Assembly (NCBI RefSeq): GCF_964355755.1
Contig: NC_092675.1
Span: 20,246,912-20,310,911 of the forward strand
Reading direction: 5' to 3'
Source: Antedon mediterranea
Lineage: Eukaryota > Animalia > Echinodermata
Length of the DNA stretch: 64,000 nt
The position numbers and the translations under genes were made by a program. Position 1 is the first letter of the stretch. Each line of letters starts with the position of its first letter. The notes under the pieces were generated by a model, which was not told the origin of the DNA, did not search any database, and worked only from the letters and a program-made list of their open reading frames with translations. Shown here in pieces: positions 57,783 to 64,000 of the stretch.

Positions 57783-59803
57783 ACATTGTGGGAAGGAATT
57801 GTTCATTGATAATTAAGTTTTGTGATCTTTTTTCTCTTTAATTGTTTTATATTTTCAATATCATTGAATATTATAGTATAGGCCTAACTAATATATCTTA
57901 TCAGCTCTGTCTACACTATCAAACTTTATGAGACTAAAATGTGTAGACATAGCTTTAGAGAACTTTTTTGTGATTGTTTTTTTTTCTTTTGATGTTTTAT
58001 TTTCTGTTTAAAAATAAGTTTTTTTGAGCTGTGATCGTTAAAATTTTATATTTGTTGCATATTTTATATATGTTTGTTGAATTCAACATAAAGATATTGT
58101 ATGATGTGTTTATGAATAAATATACAGTACCTTGAATTATTATATTGTGGGTTTTTCTCGATATACCTTCATCCTTCAAATCTTTTAGGAAAAAAAAGCA
58201 CCATTATTATAAAGAAGGTCCATCTATTTTTATTTTGTGAATATTCTGTGAGACTCGACTAAAAAACCATGTTTTGTGGTATATGTTGTCATTGTACGTA
58301 CGGTAAGTTAAGCTGAGCTTTTTCTCCATGATTACTTTAAGTATGCGAACTCAACCAATCCAAGTCTTGAAATTTAAGAAATTATTGTAAGATATGTAGT
58401 AACACTTTTTAAAAACTTTTTTGAAATTATTTATTACAATTGCATATGTATTTAAACAAATAGAGAGACTAGGCATCGGAATCTTAACACATTTCTATTT
58501 ATATTTCTGACATAACTTAAGTATTCCTAAAATTGAGGGCGCCAAAAATAACTCTATTCCACCGACCGACAAGGGATCGATTCAACACGACGCTCTGCCG
58601 ACTGAGCTATCCGGCCCTCTGGTTTATTGCAAGGCTAAAACTAGATTCGTTTCTTCAAAATTACGTCATGAATATGCAAATTTATGACGTATAAGACTAT
58701 ACTATTGTCACCCTTTATTACTCATGTACATTGTTGCATAACAGATAGTGCTCTAGTAACTATCGTTTGAATTCTCTCAACTCTAATAGCTGGGGTTCAA
58801 CGATTCTCTACGGATTTTTTTTAAAAATAAATATAAATTGTTTTTCTTTTATTTTGAAGGAGAGATATTTAGAGAGTCAAATTAATTTAGGATAATCACA
58901 ACGATATATTTAGTGTAGACAACACAATAAAACATTCTTAATATCAGGTAAAAAATAATACTGTTTCTTAATTGCTGTCCTAATGCAAATAAACACATAA
59001 TAATAATTACATACACCCTGTATATTAGTACTTTAAATATCGATAGGCTTTTTCAGTTGTTGAGGCATACTGTACATTCTGGAAACTTAATTATAAAAAT
59101 ATTTTTTTAAACACATTTATTATAAATTTGTTCAATACACGCCCTTATATTGGAAGGTATGCTTGGTTGAATTAATTTGAAAAATCATTTAAAAAATAGG
59201 CCACGTACAAAATTATAACATTACATAAACTCATTACAAAAATACATTTATAGAAAATATTCAAAATAGCCTATAAGGAAGATTAGGAGCTTTTTTCCGT
59301 TAGGGTCCTTTCATGTGACTTATCAGGATTTAATCCAAATAATAACAATCTTTGTGAAATCGTTCGTTTATTCTTAAAGAGATGGATATATTGTTTACTG
59401 TAATATTTCTGAATACGCAAACATGAATAGTAGCAGCAAGTACTTGGGTAACATATGGTAAGAAATGATTGTTTTAAGAAAAAAAAAAGAGGGGGGAGTT
59501 AAAAAAGTATAAAGCACACATGCAGTGTGGGTTTTTTGTTCGAATTTAATCTAAAAAGCAAATAGTAATAAATAATGTAATTAAAACTACGTCACTTGTG
59601 TAGTGGCGTGGACGAATGTAAAAATAGGAAAGTTTGCACTTTGTTCGTTACACAAACTTATACATTTTGCGCATCCACCACGAGAGTAAAAAACGGAATT
59701 GCACTGGGAAGGGTTTTAATACTATACATCTAAATGAATTAATTATCTGCCATCTTTGATCCAATCTAAATTTTCCACTCTTAGCTATTCGTTTTACAAA
59801 TAG

Positions 59804-61966
59804 TGTGATATAACGATATACTTTTATATTTAAAGGGGGGTTCCGGGTTTAAAATGAATAGTAAAAAATGTAAAATATATTTGTTTGTCTCTTGAACGGT
59901 AAAAGTTTAAATTTATATAAGCGCCCAGTGAAGCAGAACGAAGGCTGTGAAATCAGGCCAGATTACAAGTGCAGCTACGGCAAAATCACACTGTGGTTAC
60001 AAAATAGAAAATTCGTGAAATGGTCCATCTTCCGACGACTCGTTATCATAAACCATATCAATTAATTTTGTAAAATTATACTTATCTGATGTAATTTTAG
60101 TCGCTCTTCCCATTTATAAAGTCATTTTTTTATGAAAATTCATCAAAACAGTGAAAAATTAGATATGTTTGCACTTTACGTTTGCCGATTTTCGCACCGA
60201 CTTAGGGAAAAATCAAAATCAATGAAGCGTAACGTATACTGTACATTCCTGCTGAGGATCGAGCGAGACGAAAATACACGTGCTCTCTCTGCTGCCCATG
60301 CCTGGCATCGTCACGTGATAAGCAGATACAACAATACCAAACTGGTCGGGTCGAGTATACCCCGTCTATAATCACAACATGATGTACAGTATTTGATGGA
60401 AGGTCGACTCGACCTACCGGAATGGTATAGATAATATAGCTCGAATGAGAGAGTTGGAATATTTGTGTAGTGCAGCCTATAGTAAAAGGCCTGGTAGTAT
60501 CAATTCGCATAGGGTCTACTACACTAGCTAGCTCAATTTTTAACTGGGCCGGATCGGCTAGGTCTCCTTCCTACTACCTGGTCTACTTGCTTGATGCATG
60601 AGTATCCGCTTTTTTGGAGAGTAAACTAAACCTATTTATTTTAGGCCTACTTAGACGATCGGGACACCATACGTGTGGACGGCGATCGGACCTTGTTTTG
60701 CTTCAATATTTACAGCCGATTTTGTAGAATGTTTTAGGTTTAGATTGTTTAGGAGTTTGGTTGATAGGATGGGTTTTGTTATTTATGGGCCAATCGTCTA
60801 GTAGTAGGCTAGCTAGGCCCATGGGCCCCATTGTTTTAACGTAGCCATCGTGGCATGGAATCCCTACTCAGAATGGCTCTCGCCCATATTATTATTAGGC
60901 TAGGCCTAGAGTAGTATTGTACGTGAAGCCGGTAATACGATCTGTACTATAGAGGTATAAAAATAGTTTAATTTATGACTCCGTATCTGTACTAAATTTT
61001 GTTTTTCATTAAATGTCAAATAAATATATGCTACTACTGTTATTATTACACTTTAGGCCTAGCTTAGAAAATCTACAAAAAATGTATTTCACAATGATCA
61101 CAATGGTGGTCGTCGTTTGACAGGGGAGAGAGATGTAAATTAGTTGACAAACACAACGTACATGACGTCGCGAGTTTGGAATCCACTGGTGACGTGATTT
61201 TGTGAATATCTCATGAATATTAATGAGCTTCCCTAAGCTGCTAAAAAACAGACTTTCCATGAATTTACCCTAAAATGTATATGAAATTTAATTTTTTTAA
61301 TTTCTCGTTATTACTTCTTCATTCTGAAATGTCTATATTGTTATAATATTTTTTATTTAATAAATAAACGATATTTAAAAGCAATTTTAAACCCAGAATC
61401 CCCCTTTAAGAAATTGACCTTTGTATCGGAATTCAAATAGGTTCACAAACTTGACCCAGAAAGTCCAAAGGAGAGTTTGTCCAGATGTTTTAATGACCAT
61501 TTAGTTTATAATAGAATCCCTAAAGAAAACACTTAGCTTAATTTTGTGACTTTCCCATCGTTAAACCAGGAGTGATCGACACTATTTAAGTACAGATTTG
61601 ACAGTGTCATCCATCACAGAAATACCTTATTATACCGTTAATCACTCCCACTTAAACACCCCTGGATCAACTTAGGACCAATCGTTACCCTCACAGATGA
61701 TGTAATGACATTATGCAAATGAACTGAGCCAATATACTCCCAAGTTTCAGAAGGGCCCAGACACACCTTACAGCCACTTCTCCAGAAGCAGACGAACACA
61801 CTTCACACCTCACTGACAGCATCATTGATCCTCCGCGTTCCTTATCTATACTTATAGTTGTATATTGTACTGAAGTATTATACTGAATAAACAATATATG
61901 TGTTACGACAGTCAAGCGAGTAAAGAGTCTTCATTAGTACCTCAACAACCCAAACATTATATTACA
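59804..61966 (+). mobile_element. Probable solo LTR (~590 bp without the nested element; unit C only)
   Basis: TGTGATATA...TATATTACA termini; 4-bp TSD ATAG (59800-59803, 61967-61970); AATAAA at ~61886; empty site in A and B. Confidence 0.75.
59834..61405. mobile_element. Kolobok-like non-autonomous element nested in the solo LTR
   Basis: TTAA TSD; TIR AGGGGGGTTCCGGGTTTAAAAT/ATTTTAAACCCAGAATCCCCCT. Confidence 0.85.
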
Positions 61967-64000
61967 ATAGTACATATTTTTTGCTATCACACGCGCCAAT
62001 ACCATCGGGGTATCATAAGGGAAGCTCAGTTTAACTACATTTGGGCGATCTAAATTACTGATCATTTTGGTTTTAGCAAGGTTAATAGGATATTTATGAC
62101 GTAATGATCAATTACGTAATACACGTATAAATAGACTTTTATCAGCTTTTCAGTCATGTACTTGGTGGCGTAACGGGTAATGCTCAGTTTTGAGTGCTAT
62201 CGGCTGGGGTTCGAACCTCGACGGATTTTTTTTTTTTATGAATATTGCTTTTTTTTAAAAGAGATATAGTGACACTGTATTGTCGAATATGGATGGCACC
62301 ATACCGGTAGGTATTCAAATATGCTTAATCGATGTAAAAATACTTTTAAAATAATAATCAATCATCTTTTTCTTATCTCGTAAAAACTTTTATTACAATT
62401 CCTTGGAAGTCATTCTAAGAAATAATACATCACCTGAAACCTGTAATAATTGTATAATATAAAATATTACACATTTTCTGTATGTAGTAGGTAGTTTAAG
62501 CGTATACACACATTCTCACGATGCCATTGCGTACACATTGTGATGACAGCCTGGTTATGAAGACGTGTCACATGACAATCACAGTAAAATATTCACAAAC
62601 CAATCCGATCGGCCTACACATTCAATGTCATTTCATTTCATTTCATTTATTTATTTCACTTTACAACTATATAAATATACAGTGGAGGAGCCTAAAAGAA
62701 AGCAAAGCTTGTGGTGAATAGGCTCCTCAAAACAAAACAAAAATAAAATAGAAATAATATATAACACAATTAGAAACTTCAAAAAACAACAATTTAACTA
62801 ATATCTTTTCTCTAACACATAAGTTTAAAACTAAAAAACAAGTAAAAAATAGATTATATAAATTATTTTAAAAATATCCAAATTTGTCATTAATAAAAGA
62901 ATTTACAAAGAACCTTCAACCAATAATAGTTTAAATTGACGTTAAATAAAGCACCGTCCGTACGTATACACTTGTTGATGTGTATAAACGCACACCGTCA
63001 CTGCGTACGTATTATTATACGCCTATGAATGACAGCCTCGTTATGAAGACGTGTCACATGACAAACGTCTTCAAATATTCACAAACATTCCACCAATCAA
63101 CTTAGTGACTTATTTCTATTTTATATCACTGTGCTCCACTGGTGCTAAATTTGATCCACTGAACCAGTTACCGTAGTACTATTTCTATTTCGGAAGTAAA
63201 TAAAGGCATAAATGGCGCTCCGTAGAAGTAGAGAATGTTCGATCGTCGAAATGACACTCTGAATATACCTCCTCCACATTTTGGGGATTTGGCATTATTT
63301 TTCCCAATCTGGCATTAATTATTGAGGCTACAGTACAGCATAATTTAAATTATCAACGCTGACCAAAGAAGGAAGGATATTGACATTATCAATGACAATG
63401 TTATTGTTATATCATATTTGTTTCTCAATCTTTAAATAAAATTACCAGGATTGGTGACATTTATAGAAACTTGCGTCGTCAACTCAGAGATAGTCATTCA
63501 TTTTCCGTCCGGGTACGACGGTAAGTAAGGCCACAGTTACTTGTTGCATCATGATGGAGTAATCTTCACTCCATGCTTGTGGTGGTATACTCGCTGCCTC
63601 CTGCTAACAGGCGATGTGAAAATTGTACTCGCGTCCAATAACGACAATGGCCTTTATTTATTCGCGCGTTATTTATTACCGTTCTGCATTTTATGGCATT
63701 ATCAATCAACTTATCAATCAATATTGAAACACTAGTTATAGTTTATTAATTTACAAAATCGAAAAGCAAAAGTGAACTTTTATTTATCTTTAGTGGATAA
63801 TCCCCTGAATAATTATGCATATAAGAGCCCATGTTTGCGAGGAAAAAAAAGTATAAAATACACCACTAAACAATGTGTCCACATATACTTCGATATTAAA
63901 AATCATATAATCAATCAAGCCATCAAAATATAACCAAGCCTCACCAGTAAAAATTGAAAATTATACAAAATGGAATATTATGGATGGTATATATGAAAAT

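Overview
AT-rich metazoan genomic DNA. It is probably a marine invertebrate such as an echinoderm, inferred only from repeat style. The window is a tandem cluster of three paralogous units (A ~1.2-26.9 kb, B ~26.9-43.5 kb, C ~43.5-64.0 kb), and a fourth begins at the right edge. Each unit carries one + strand C2H2 zinc-finger gene: a ~50-aa leader plus a highly homogenised 84-bp finger minisatellite, with no KRAB, SET or ZAD domain visible. Only the 5' part of each array is in frame (~39, ~16 and ~33 fingers). It is followed by kilobases of finger units carrying recurrent, shared frameshift or stop variants. Comparing the copies gives empty sites that delimit many copy-specific insertions: Kolobok-like TTAA elements, a Harbinger-like element, hAT-like elements, a degenerate AcademX, a solo LTR and LINE tails. 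It also shows TA-site and P-like excision scars, templated insertions, a 1.8-kb palindrome, and divergent pairs of tRNA-like Pol III promoters. All comparisons were made by eye. Boundaries without a TSD are approximate.
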